A program made the translations under genes and the position numbers. This document shows positions 39,571 to 52,825 of a stretch of 64,000 nt of DNA, one piece after another (within the stretch, counting starts at the first letter, position 1; each line of letters opens with the position of its first letter). Origin of the DNA: Geosiphon pyriformis uo1 (taxonomy: Eukaryota > Fungi > Glomeromycota); NCBI GenBank assembly GCA_016748015.1, contig JAAOMT010000512.1, forward strand, positions 778,719-842,718, in the 5' to 3' direction. The notes under the pieces are model-generated. The model did no database searches. It saw nothing but the letters and a program-made list of their open reading frames with translations, and had not been told where the DNA came from.

Positions 39571-40705
39571 TCAAAAATCGTCACCTTGATTCGCAAAAAA
39601 GTGAAGGTAGGCAATGACTAAGAAAATAATTAAAAGTATTATTAACTCATCGAAATAAAAATATAAAAATGATTCAATCTCATTTTCAAAATTTACTTGT
39701 TATATATACGAAGGCTCCACCACCAATACTCATAACCATAGCAATGTATGTTATCTAAAGCAAAAAAAAGTTGCGATTATAGATCATTCCGTTTGAGGCT
39801 TAAGAACCAATAATTTAGAAACACAATTACCGCTCCAGAATGAGCAAGAACATAGGGCAAGCCTATACCATTGGTAATTTGGAAACAAAGGTAGTGATGG
39901 ATGAATATACCAAAATTATTTCCTTCGAACGAAATGAATAAATATTTGTCTTAGCTATCATTACAAAATCCTGTAACAAGCAAGACCGCCGTTAAAAATT
40001 GACTAAAATCTTTGAAGCCACTGTTTTAATGGAAAATCCAATAAGTCATTTCACAAGTTTTTATTTGAATACACAATTGTGTTATATTGAATACTTACTT
40101 GGGGGTGTTATCTGACAAAATCTCTTCATTACCAGCACGAGATGAAAATATTATATTTGGTATTGGTGCAAGAACAAATATAGCCACTTTGATGTGAAAT
40201 AAAGTGTTATTAAAACAATAAAAAAAAGAAAAAATTCACCAAACAAGAAATGAGACCTCACCAACAAATAAAGGCCACCAATTACTGGAAATTATCCGAA
40301 ATTTTGTAGGCACACATGTTAAAGATCGTCGTGAAAAAGCATCAGACCAAGAAAAATCGTATTATCATACCTATATAGAGCACAGGACAATATTACAAGT
40401 AAAAACCCAACAGCAAGTACAAATGCCAAAGTGATGATGCTGGGTACAAAAAGATTCTTTTATTATTGGTTCAAATGAGTAAGATAAAAGCCAAAAGCCA
40501 GGGGTGAGAACTCTTAGCCACTTGAAGAAAATTTCCATATCATCTTTGTTATTTTAAAGACTAAATCATCTTGTCAAGCAACTCACGCTAGAAATTCGAT
40601 TAGTATTGGTTAGTTAGTAGTCATCCTTCAGAAAAGTGCAAGGTTTACAAAAGCGAACAGCCTGGGTTATAAACCAAAGATTCGCTTACTTTTTAAGCCT
40701 GCCAT
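39571..40705 (-). CDS. VPS55: Vacuolar protein sorting 55 (LEPROT family), 9 exons including a predicted 1-nt exon
   Basis: Spliced product MAGLKTIITLAFVLAVGFLLVILSCALYSNWWPLFVVAIFVLAPIPN...LPYVLAHSGAI...AYLHFFANQGDDF; all introns GT-AG. Not visible in the ORF track. Confidence 0.9.
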
Positions 40706-41329
40706 TTACCAAAAACTATATATTATACAATTCACAAATCAAAAGTCGACTAACGAACAACTGTTAAAAAGTGTCAGTTCTGGTGTATCAATTATCAATT
40801 TAGATTTCTTGAATTGGCCGATTGGTCGAACCCGGCATCATTTCATGTTTCATCAAAAACTGTTAAACGAGTATGAAACTATTCGCGTTACACCCACTTG
40901 GACAGCATTTCCCATTGTAATATTGTCACTGTACACAACGTGGTCAAGATGGTCATAAAACCAATATGTTCGATGAATAACGAGATATCAAAGCATTGCT
41001 GGCAACTTCCCCCGTCCTTAATCTTCAATCTACACTCATTATTTGTGTTCGAGCCCCTAACCCCTTTTTCTCCCTCCCCGAAGGTTTACGTCCTTAGTAC
41101 AACGGAACCTAAGGAGCCTGTTTAACAAAGTGAATGAGGGCAAAAATTCACTGCGGGACAGTTTATTATCAACTTTCTCATCCTCTTCGTTAAAATCTCC
41201 TTCGAATTTCAGGCTACTTTTATTTTACATGTTCAAAAAACAAACTATAGACCTTTCGACTTTCCCAATATAAAATTGCACTTCTGAGTACTTGGTACCC
41301 ACCTTTATTGAAAAAGGGGCATAAAGGAC

Positions 41330-44300
41330 ATGGAATATAATTACAAACCCTATCAAGCACCTTACTCTCCTGCTTCAACTACCTTACCGGCACCCAGCCG
41401 AACCCCGCCTCTTAACACTCACTCTCCACCTAATCCGTCTACAGCCGTCTTTAATGCAATATTACAAAATAATGTTGGACTTTTAGGTTCCATCCTTGGA
41501 AAAAATTCTTTCAATTTGAATAATCTACGAGATTACGATGGCAAGACACCTTTAATGGTCGCTGCCTGTGAGAATTGTCCCGATGTTTTAGCATTCCTTG
41601 TCGAAAATCGAAGTGTAAACCTTGATTTACAAGGTATTTTTGCTTTTGAACATGCCCTTAGTTTTGGAGCTTTAAATATCCATGATATAAATTTAATTTA
41701 TATGTTATTTTTCCAAGATAATGAAGGTGAGTCGGCCCTGTATCAAGCTGCATCCAACGGGAGTCTACAAGCTGTCGACATATTGATTGCAGCAGGCGCA
41801 TATATAGAATGTGGAAATAAGGTGATATTTTATAACCTTTGTCATATGGTATCAATTTTTGTTCACTAGCTAATTATTCTAATTTATAGGAAAATATTAC
41901 ACCCCTGATCATAGCTGCCTTTAAGGGGAATGCTGACATTTGTCGCACACTCATAGACCAAGGTGGAGCAAATGTCAATCAACAAGATAATTCAAATAAA
42001 ACTGCATTGATTTTGGCAGCATATGAAGACCATATTGCTACTGTCGAGGTATTGCTTGCTAGAGGCGCAAAAATAAACATGACAGATCAGGTATGAGCAC
42101 ATATGTTAGAATAAGATTCCAATGTTTTTGTATTAATATCATTATATTCTCACTTTGTAGTATGGATGGACTGCTCTAATGCTGGCTGCTTACACAAATC
42201 GATATTATGTATGTAGAACCCTCCTGGTTCATAATGCAAATAAGGATATAGCCACAAGCAATGGGAAAACTGCATCCATACTTGCCCGTGACGCCGGGTA
42301 TTTCGATTTAGCCGACATGATTGAACAATTTGTTCCTGGAGGTCAAGTCTCTCCCAGATATACATATGGAATGGATATAAACTCAACATCAATTCCTCAA
42401 TATCACGAACCATCATACCGGGAAGATATACCACATCACAATGTCCCTCGGAATCATAATTACACTGATCCTTATTTTCCTAAGGGTCATATGATGCCTC
42501 TTGAACAGGACAAAAGACGTCTTACACTTCAACCTAAAAATCTCGAAAGAAGACGATCCCAATATTATAGTCTCAATGTTAATAAAATTGGTCCTCATGC
42601 TGGTGAATATAGAACAGCCCCTCATGTCAAACAAGATATGAGACCTAGGGAAGATGGAACACCTTGGGTTATTTTCTCATGGATAGTCACTGCATGTTTT
42701 TGTAATCCGTGTCTTTCAAGCATCGGAAAGATGAAAGATCCAAATATTCGACAAGCTTGGCGGGAGAAATTTGCATTATGTTTTATCATATTATGTATAT
42801 CGGGTTTCATGGGTTTTTTAACTTTTGGTTTGTCTACGATTGCATGTCAAAGGAAGGTACCACTTTACCCCCAAGATATTCTTCGATTATATGGACCACA
42901 AGTTACGGGACGAAAAGTGCACATAGTCCGTGGAAAAATTTATGACACTGGGAACTTTTTCCAATTTGGAAGCCATCGTCCTATTGCACCATTCAGCGAT
43001 GAAGATTTGAAACCTATCATTGAACCCTTGTTTGGTACTGAGATCTCGAGCTATTTTCCACCAAATTATAAAGCTATTGGATGTTCTAGCTCACCTAAGA
43101 ACACTGTCTGCAACCAAAATGACAATAGATATCATTGTCATACCTCCCTAGCTTCACGAAAGTTACTTGAAACCCTCTCTATGAATGAATTTGTCGGTTT
43201 CACATGGGACAATATTACAAACGGAGACAGAAAATTATTTGTATATAATGACGCTGTATATGACTTGACCGAATACCTTGATACCCAAAATTCAGATTTC
43301 TGGCTCGGCGGCCCAGATACCACTAAATGGCTAGCTTCGCTGGTTGGGGAAGATGCAACAAAAAAAATTCTCCATAGTACTAATACGACACGAATCGCAC
43401 AATGCTTTGAGCATTTCTTGGTGGGAAAAATTGATGGAACAACAATTGGGTGTTTTGCCACGAATTTGATATTGATTGTGATGACTGTAGTTTTCACCGG
43501 AATCACCTTGATCAAATTTGTTTCTGCTATTGCTTTTGATTGGTTCCTTTCTTGGCAATTGGGTAAAATTTCTAAAAAACCAAAAACAAACGATCAAATA
43601 ACGCGTATTCTCTTGCTGGTAACATGTTATTCGGAGGGCGTAGAATCTATGCAAACCACGCTTGATTCTTTAGCTGGCACAGATTATTCAGATGAACACA
43701 AGCTTCTTTTCGTAATCGCAGATGGTGACATTACGGGTTCAGATAATGATCGCTCAACTCCACAAATATGTAAAGATTTACTTGAGCCTCAATTCCCTGA
43801 ACTAGACGAACCTGAATTTGTATCCTATTCCGCTATAGGGGATGGCAAGAAGCAGCATAATATGGCCCAAGTATACACAGGTTATTACAATGTCAATAAT
43901 CATAGGGTTCCTATGTGTTTGATTATCAAGTCTGGTACACCTGAAGAAAGAAAAGGAGCTAAAGCTGGTAATCGAGGGAAACGTGACTCTCAGCTGATTC
44001 TGATGTCATGGTTAAGTCATGTTTATTTTAATGAACGTATGTCGCGGTTGGAATTTGATCTCTTTCAAAAAGTGCGTGGTTTAACTGGGGTGACGCCTGA
44101 CAAATACGAGATGGTTTTAATGGTGGACGCTGATACTTTGGTGAAACCCGACAGTGTGAGCCATATGGTTGCCGCTATGGAGCGTGATCCAAAAGTAATG
44201 GGACTTTGTGGCGAAACAAAAATTGCCAATAAAACTGCTAGTTGGGTTTCCATGATTCAGGTAATGGTCATTCTCTGATCCCTTTATGAAAATTTTAAAT

Positions 44301-45404
44301 TTCATTCCATATGTATAAAAATTTTCTTGTAGGTTTTTGAGTATTATATTTCTCATCATCTCGGAAAATCTTTTGAGTCGATTTTTGGAGGTGTGACTTG
44401 TTTGCCCGGATGTTTTTGTATGTACCGGATAAAGGCTCCCAAGTTCGACGGAAGCTCTGTTCCTATACTGGTAAACCCAGATCTTGTCGAAACGTATTCA
44501 TCAAACACTGTGGAAACATTGCATCAAAAAAATCTTTTACTGCTGGGAGAGGATCGTTATCTAACCACGCTAATGTTACGGACATTCCCGAAGCGAAAAA
44601 TGATTTACGTGCCTAAGGCCATTTGTAAAACAGTCGTACCTGATGAATTTAAGGTTTTACTTTCGCAACGCCGTCGTTGGATCAATTCTACCATTCACAA
44701 TCTCATGGAACTGATTCGTGTGCCTCAACTTTGCGGAATTTTTTGTTTCTCGATGCAATTCGTTATTTTTCTCGAACTAGTCGGTACCGTTGTTTTGCCA
44801 TCCTCCCTTCTGTTTATGGTTTACTTGGCATATGCTGCTGCCCACGGACAAGCCGTATTGTTGCCTTTAATCTTTATAGCAGCAACCTATTTCCTACAGG
44901 CCTTTCTGATAGTGTTTACGTCTCACAAAGTCATGTATGTAATGTGGATGGTTGTTTTCATTTTTGCCATGCCTGTATGGAATTTCGTTTTACCATTATA
45001 TGCGTTTTGGCATTTCGATGGTAAGTTTTATTCTCAAAAATTTTATAATTGATCAGTTATTTACGAAGATAATTTAATCAAAGCTGACATTGCTACACCC
45101 TTTCCTTTTTATAGACTTTTCATGGGGTGCTACCCGCAAAATTGCTGGCGAAGATAATGGTCATGGTGATGGGGGCGGTGATGTATTCAATCCAAACGAT
45201 ATCCCCATGAAAAAATGGGACGAATGGATTCATTATAATAAACCCAAACAGAGATTAAGTTATGCAAAAGCAGTTAATAATGGAAAAAATTTTGATCCCC
45301 TAAACCCTGGAACGATGATGAGGCCATCTTCGGGGTTTGGTGATCAATATGGAGGAAAGCCGATGGGACCCAGAAATCCTGGTGGACTTGAGATGTTAAG
45401 TTAG
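41330..45404 (+). CDS. Class IV (Chs3-like) chitin synthase with N-terminal ankyrin repeats
   Basis: Exons ~41330-41633, 41718-41821, 41891-42090, 42161-44260, 44333-45020 and 45115-45404 join in frame. Ankyrin motifs [46 protein letters not shown] motifs [38 protein letters not shown]. Confidence 0.9.
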
Positions 45405-45889
45405 TCATAAACAATAATAAAAGTGTTCTGGCCAATTTTGTAAATTTCTCCAACCAATTGTAAAGATTAATCACCTCCGTCAATAAGATAGACGCTTATG
45501 TACTCGCTAGGAGGACTAAGAAGACTTCGGTTCGCCGGGGGAGGGACTATAAATACTTATACATAATTCTGTATTTTAGAATATTTAATCAACTTATAGA
45601 AATCAAGATATCTTGTAAACATTAGCGGAAATTATCATCATATTCATAAAAATATTCTTTGCAAAGTATATAAATGAAATTAATAACAGCACATTCATTT
45701 TGATTAATGGATTTTACGAAACTGACTTAATTCTTGGTTTTAATTTTATGCAAGAAACATTCCTATGAGATCGAAGACATCCACTGATTTAGCCGGTTAT
45801 GTATTATTTATCATAATATAGATGAGAAATAAAATACGTGCAAGGCTTTTACTTTACCCTATACTATCTCAGCTTGAAAGATAATCTAT

Positions 45890-47365
45890 CTAGTTTCTTT
45901 GTCCTCTCGAAGTTTTTGTTTTTCGAAACTGACTATCTTTTGTTATTTCGGTAACCTCCTGACTTTGATGATCTTGATTTGATTGGGAGCCTTCAGGAAA
46001 ACTAAGAGCTTTCTTCTGTTTGAGCTGCCATTGACCCTTAATGGGAGCAGTGGTTACTAGCTGCTTGATTTTAGTAGACAAATATGGGGTATTAATTGTT
46101 TTGTCGATTATTTTTGAAGCACCCTCTGGAATCCCAGTCCTGTCATTTTGATTTTCATCCCGGAGTGATTTATACATTCTCTTCATGTAAACATTCGTTC
46201 GAAGAGGATTTAACCATGAAGCTATTACTGGATTCACCTTCCCTTTTACCAATTCATAAAGACTGTTAAGCTCTGGATCATCATTCGCCTTTAGTAAAAC
46301 AAGAGGTGAGAGTAGAATTGGGATTCGAATGAATCAAAAAAAAAGAAGTATAAATTGCTAAAATACCTTTATACCAATACATGATAATGATTTCATCCCC
46401 GTCGCGTTTGCTAACTTGCTATGCGCACCTCTCGGTAAAGGTACAAGTAGGACGTTCCCATATATACTTGCCATAATCGGCAAATGTGCATATAAGTGGT
46501 AGGGTGAAATCTCAGCTTTGGATACAAATATAATTCTTAAATGTAATTTGTGACCAGAACTGATATTTGAACTTTGATCTCCAAATATTTCAGTGTTTGA
46601 GTCTATGTTTTTATAAAAAACTGATGCGATTTGAAGATTGTTTGGTTGTTCCAGATATCTGGTCACCGCATTGATACCAAAAATAAACGAGGATAAAATT
46701 GTTGGTGGGCGAGTATTCGTAGTGCTATTATTAGAATCTTGGGAGGAATCGATTTCCATAGGATCACCTTCAGTAGTTAAAAGCCTTTTTGGAAGATCAA
46801 CTCTCTCAGCCTCGACCTTCGTTTTATATTGGAATTTTGCAGATTCTTTGTTTCGACGCTTTTGACGACGATATTCACCGATACCTGACAGCACGCTGAA
46901 GATGAACAAAGTGAATAATTTAGAAATCAAGTGCTAAACCTGAGCCTTTTAAGCAACAAACCTGCATAATGCATCGAGTATAATTGCTTGATCTTCTTTG
47001 GGTATATCGGGCCTTTGAAATAAATTGCATTAAACGACTTCAGGCAGGTAAAAAATTCTCATCATATCAGTCTTTAAATACCAATCTATTGGGAAAGGGG
47101 AGTCCAACACAGCCTTGAAGACAGTTTTTCGTTGTTTATCAGCGTAACGATAAGTACGATCTATGTGAGAAATAGCATTGTAGTCGATGGTCGTTTTGTC
47201 ACGACCACCTTTCCCATAAGAGCTCATAGTCCTTTTTTTGATAAGCTCTGCTTCGGAAACATTAATATCTACTTTTTTATTTTGCTTTTTTCCAGGCACT
47301 TTTTTTTCTCCCAGGTCTTTTATACGAGCACTTGACTCACGAGGCTTTTTTAAATCCTTGGACAT
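45890..47365 (-). CDS. RNase P/MRP subunit Pop3/Rpp38-like (L7Ae fold)
   Basis: KTVFKAVLDSPF, FGINAVTRYLE and HLYAHLP...LVPLPRGA..KLA.A.G motifs; 4 exons. Confidence 0.75.
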
Positions 47366-47554
47366 GTTGAAAGTTACAACTAAATATTTAGAGGTATTAA
47401 TCTCATGATCTAAGCAGTTTAGTACAACCACAAGGGCTACGCGAAAGGTTAGGAATCAAAATTTAACATTTTGACCAGCATTATTTAAAAAATGATGATC
47501 AGATCAATAAGTGTGAGGTGAAGCCTCGCATTTTTACACTCGAGGCAGCTCATC

Positions 47555-48368
47555 ATGCGGAAACCAAAAGATAAAATATCCCAAGGCCTTATTCGCATGT
47601 CGTGGTCCCTGAAAAATCTTTTTATTATCCATCAGCGTGGCGCTACCCCACCTCGCCTCCAAAACCGATCACTTTATCAACAAAAATGGCAGGCGAAAAA
47701 GGATACGCGTGCCTATCATGGCGCGCAGCTAAACGAAAGGCAATTTAAGAATGTATTTGAACCACGATTGCCTGCTAGTAACACACGCGTCAGCTGGGAA
47801 GATAAAGACAGAAAGCTTCCGCCTGCTGCCGTGCTTACTTACGCGTGTTTGGAACGGAGGTTAGACTTTATCATATTTAGGAGTTGCTTCGCTTCGAGTA
47901 TATGGACTGCTAGGCAGATGGTTTTGAGTGGAAAAGTCAAAGTCAACGACATAAAGGTTATTTATCCCCTTATTAATTTTTTCTTTCATTATTGTAAAAA
48001 TCTCATTTTTTTTTTGGTAGTTAGCAAATCCATCTCATATGGCTAAAGATGGTGATATAATCAGCGTCAACCCAAAAGCTATTCGTTTTTTAGATAAACC
48101 GGACCCATCACAGCCCGGAATATTTAAGCCAGTGCCATTTATGCAACCATTTCTCTTTATACCAGATTATTTGGAAGTAAATTTCAATACGTGCTCAACA
48201 GTATATTTACGAGCACCTATGTTGCGACCAGGTAAAAGTGAAATACCTTCACCCTTCCCACCTGAATTTCACTCTTTGGCCTACGAATTTTATGTGGGTT
48301 TAAAAAAGAGAAAGAAAAAAAAGGGTCCGGTGGAAAGCCGTCATTATATACCTCGGAATAATCTATGA
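47555..48368 (+). CDS. NAM9: Mitochondrial ribosomal protein uS4m
   Basis: RMSW..KNL, LYQQKWQAKKDTRAYHG, S4 domain LERRLDFIIFRSCFASSIWTARQMV and FIPDYLEVNF; one intron (~47957-48020). Confidence 0.9.
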
Positions 48369-48520
48369 TTTGCTTACTTCTAATGCTTGACTAATTCAAA
48401 AGAAATTGGAATCTCAAGAACTGTGCCTATGTTCAGCTACTATATTATGACGCTTGTTGCAATATAGCCTTACACTTTAGAAACTTTGGATAGCTATTAG
48501 GAGATTGGTTGATGATAACC

Positions 48521-51500
48521 CTAATCCATCAACATTTCCCACTAGTAGAGAAATTTAATAAATAAATAAGTAAAGTAGAATATTAATGTAAAAAAGTACC
48601 GAAACGTCTATTATTCACCAAATGATTTTCAGGCTGTTCTGCGTTTTCCAAACCTGTTGAGGGCTTATTTTCCTTTTTTATCGGCAAAAACTAGACAAGA
48701 ATAATGTATCATTTTTAAACATTTTTTCGAATCAATTTCATCGAAATCAAATTTCTATGTCACCTTATTTGCATCTTCTTTTGAAATATTACTGTCTGGT
48801 GCTTCATCGGAGCTTATCAAAGTGATTTTTGAATCGACCACATGTTGCCAAAAATCTGCCTTTGCGAGCGGTCGATCCAGACAATTTTTTCGAAGATTCT
48901 GGAGGAACTCATTGAACCTTTCCGACTCATCCTCCTTTTATAATCATACGAAACATGTTTAAACTTGATAACAGTCAAATAATGAATAGATTCTTCATAC
49001 CCGAGCAGAAACTTCACGCAATGCTTTCAGACATTGAATTGCTTTGGTATCATCTACTAAAGTTTTTGCGAGATCCGTTATAATTTTACACATTTGTTCC
49101 ACCGCTGAAAAAATGATATAAACTTTGGATTAGAAAAAATGATTTTGTAGAAAAAAACCGCGAGTAATAAATTAATGAATACATACCAGTTGTAACCAAA
49201 TCTTCTTGCCGATTTTCAATCATCTTGGTAAAATCGCCCACAGGATCGATATATCCAATCTTTCGAATATCAGCACTATTAGGCAGAATATCGCCACAAA
49301 AGGTCCCATTAATCTCGGACTTGTGTTTTTTGATACCCACCTCCTCAAACTCTTCTTCTTTACTTCCTAATATTTCCTCAGCGTTAATTTCACCTACACC
49401 CTTTCGAGAAACTTCAGCACGACGGCGTTTGACTTTAGGAGGAACTAAAAAAACGGAAAATGAATCGTTTTCCGAACATTATAAGCAAGTTTAATGCTGA
49501 AGTACCTTTAGTTATTTTAAAAAGATCACGCATTTCATTGATCAGATGCTTGTTTTTCTCCACAAGGGATGGTAAAATTCGGGCGTTTGATGTCAATTTT
49601 TCGTCCGGAAGAATCAAGGAATCATCCGGATGGAGAGCACGATGGGAAATGGCCTTTTGTATACGAAATAGAACAGGATTATAAACTTCCTTTACCTTCA
49701 AATGTTCTTGAGCGTTCCTGTAAATAAAATATAATAAAATTATAAATACTCATGGAATTTGATTTTGAAGCAAAAAACTTACCCTTCATTATCCAAGGCG
49801 GCCTCCATTAGATTCATTCCATTAATATATTCACCCATTTTATCCAACATTTCTGGGGTGGGTAAATTCTTATGCTTTTCAACTTTTTTCCCAAATTTGT
49901 CTACAATATTTTCCAGAGAAGGAAAGACGCATTTTCGATAATCTTCACAAAATGGAAGCTATCCAAAAATGAATAAATGTTACAATGGATCTATCAGATC
50001 AACATCTAAATTGTTGGTAAATACCTTGGCGAAGTATAAGCATTCAGTAGATGTTTTAAGATGAGGCACCAATATTGCCAATCTGGGGTCTTTATTTGTT
50101 TTGGATACATAACGTACTAAAGCGTACGCGTTTTTTATGAATAACGCTTGAATGAGAGAAGATAGACGCAAGGACGCATCGAGATTATCTTTGGGAGGAA
50201 GAATGACGGATATATTTGACAAGCAATATTCTTGCCTATACTTTAAATAAGGATGCAGTATGAAATAGGATAATATCATTTAAGAAGATCATACTAGAAA
50301 TAAAACTCTTACATCTTCTGCCTTGATAAAACCTAACATACACATAGATTGAATCGTATGAAGGCCCAATACTTCTTCATCATATGAAGGAATGGGTATA
50401 ATCGTTTTCCCAAAAGTATAAGCTTTTTCCAAATCTTCTAGCGGTACTTCTATCTGATTGGCCTCATCTGCCTTTTCCCCTTCGTTCTTGTCTTCTGATT
50501 TCTCTATAATCACGTGTACTTTGGAGGTATAAACTTCGTGAGTTTTCTGGCGTAGTGTAGACATCTCAGCGGGTATTGACCATTTCTTGGCTGTAGGTGG
50601 TCTGGTTATGGAAGTCTTATGGTACATTTCAATAGGAATTGATAACGAGGATTCAGGATGTTCTTCCACGTCACCCAATGTCAAAAAACCCTTATAAACT
50701 GGCGTCGGCTTTACAGCCCTGATTTGAGGCAATTCAAGGCGATTCAAGAAATCTCTCATTGTGAAAATATCCCCTCCGCAATCTCTGACAAATTCACGCC
50801 AAAAATTTTCGCTTGCGGCCTTTAGGTAAACACATATATTATACTGACTGATATTGAACAAGAAACAGGAAATACGAAAAAGACTATCCGCTTGACCTTG
50901 ATATCGGATTTCGTTTTCTCACGGAAGCCAGTATCGGGATCATCAAATCCCATTCCCCTAAAGTAAAAATAAATTTAGATTGTAAATAACCTTCCGCTGA
51001 AAAATTATGACCTCAAGAAAATAACCTCCTAATTTCAATTAACTTTACCCACATAAGCAGAATTATTTCTCACGGTAAAAGAAAAAATAGAATCCATACA
51101 CAATCTTAATTTCGATACCTGAACCACAAATGTTGGTTATCGCAGAGTGGTTGCTTTTCGTAATTGTGGATTCTCCATCAGTGAATAAATAAATTTTTTT
51201 GATGTATTTGAGATGTTTGCAGTGGTCTGAAATCAATTTGATAGCAACTTCCACAGCCGAGAGGCCTAATTAAAGCCAGGGATAAGCATTGTAAGGGTTA
51301 TTATATGTGGTATGCTGTGTTCTTGAATAAGAATAATAAAGGCGAGGGACTAGGGACTGCAGAATCCACCACAAATGACACTTACAATCTCCTGAAATAT
51401 CTCCACGAGGGAGATCATTTCTCACTTTGCGTAAAATCGAAAGTTTTGGCTGCTCTATGCCATTGAGAACGGATATATGATCGTGCTTTTCGTCTGTTGA

Positions 51501-52104
51501 TAATGGATTATCGGTATCTATTGAAGAATTTCAATATTGTGTTTTGAGATATGCATGGGTATGATTTAATTTGATCTGTTAAGGTTGTTCTTAATAGACA
51601 CATATGAACAGGTTTCAAAAGTTTCTTAGCATGCAAAAATATCCTGTCCAAAAATGGAGGCTAAAAGATATACTAATCTTGGCCAAAGTTCAAGATGAAA
51701 TGTTGAGAACACCCTTATCATTGAATTCATGCAGTTTTGATTATTAAAAAAATATTACCATTTGTTCCAACAGCAACTACCGAAGTCATGTCAGTTTTTC
51801 GCTCTGAAATAACCTACAAGACAAAGGCATGCCCACATTAAATTATGTCAAATGTCAGTCACGACTGGTTTTTACACACTCGTTTAATGTGAATCAAATA
51901 TTTTAATGGGCTCTATATCCTTAAATTTTGGTGATGGTAGTATAATGAATGATGTTTTCCTATTACTGTTACCTTATTTTCCAACATTATCTGAATGGCT
52001 CTGGAAGACAAGTCAAAAGCAGTGGTCCCACTTTCGTCCACCTTCTTCTGCCACATAGATGGCCCTACATCAATAATGAAAACTGTTGCAACTTTCCCTG
52101 CCAT
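48521..52104 (-). CDS. KU80: ATP-dependent DNA helicase II subunit Ku80, multi-exon
   Basis: vWA start ATVFIIDVGPSM, KKIYLFTDGES, AYTFGKTIIP, LVRYV, YNPVLFRIQKAISHRALHP and IGYIDPVGDF (Ku80 C-terminal domain). Confidence 0.92.
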
Positions 52105-52825
52105 TTTGAATTGTTTGCAAACGCGTAGTTTAAGTTAACAAGTATGCCCAATTTAATAATCATCAATTTATTAACTATAGTCTGCGCCTCAGATTTTGAT
52201 TATTTTTATTGGTTTTATTATGCAAACACAAACAATATAAAAAATATAATATATGTTTTTTAAATAAAATTTCAATTTTTATTATGTAAAATATATTTAA
52301 CGTAAATCTATATTATAATGAATATATTAAAAAAACAAAATTTTAAAATTTATTATTAATGAAAATATTTAACATTAAAGTTAAAAGTTGATATTTGCCA
52401 AGTTGCTCGAAAACGTGTGGATTTAGACTTTATACACTATCAGAAAATCTCAATTCCTTATACTGGTCCCCGAGAGTTTTGATTAAATTTTATTTCAGGG
52501 ATGAATTACTACTTTTATGCTCATTTTTGAATTGTAAACACCCAGTATTGTGATAATAAAATTACAAATAGGCCAGTCCTTAAAAAACTGTAATTCAAGG
52601 CTTTATCAGATAGGTTGCATGTTTTCAACAAATGTTAAATATAAGATTTATGGGTGTAGATAAAGGTAAACTGAGAATGAATAATGTTTGTGTCTAATGA
52701 TTACTTTTCGGATATTCGGGACTATTATTGAGTTTTTTCAGATTTAAAATAAGAAAACACCTGTTGAAGTTTATGCTAATTACTAAAAAGTACTTGTAGC
52801 CCTAAAAGTTCGACAATTCTTGTTC

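Noticed and set aside
40440-40446. Non-canonical GT-AC intron as an alternative way to fix the VPS55 frame
   Set aside because: It needs a non-canonical acceptor and adds an extra Ser, whereas the 1-nt exon model uses only canonical sites and gives the family-typical KTII. Not formally excluded without cDNA.
51915-51923. ATATCCTT U12-like donor
   Set aside because: It is on the plus strand, antisense to KU80 and inside its intron; no plus-strand gene context.
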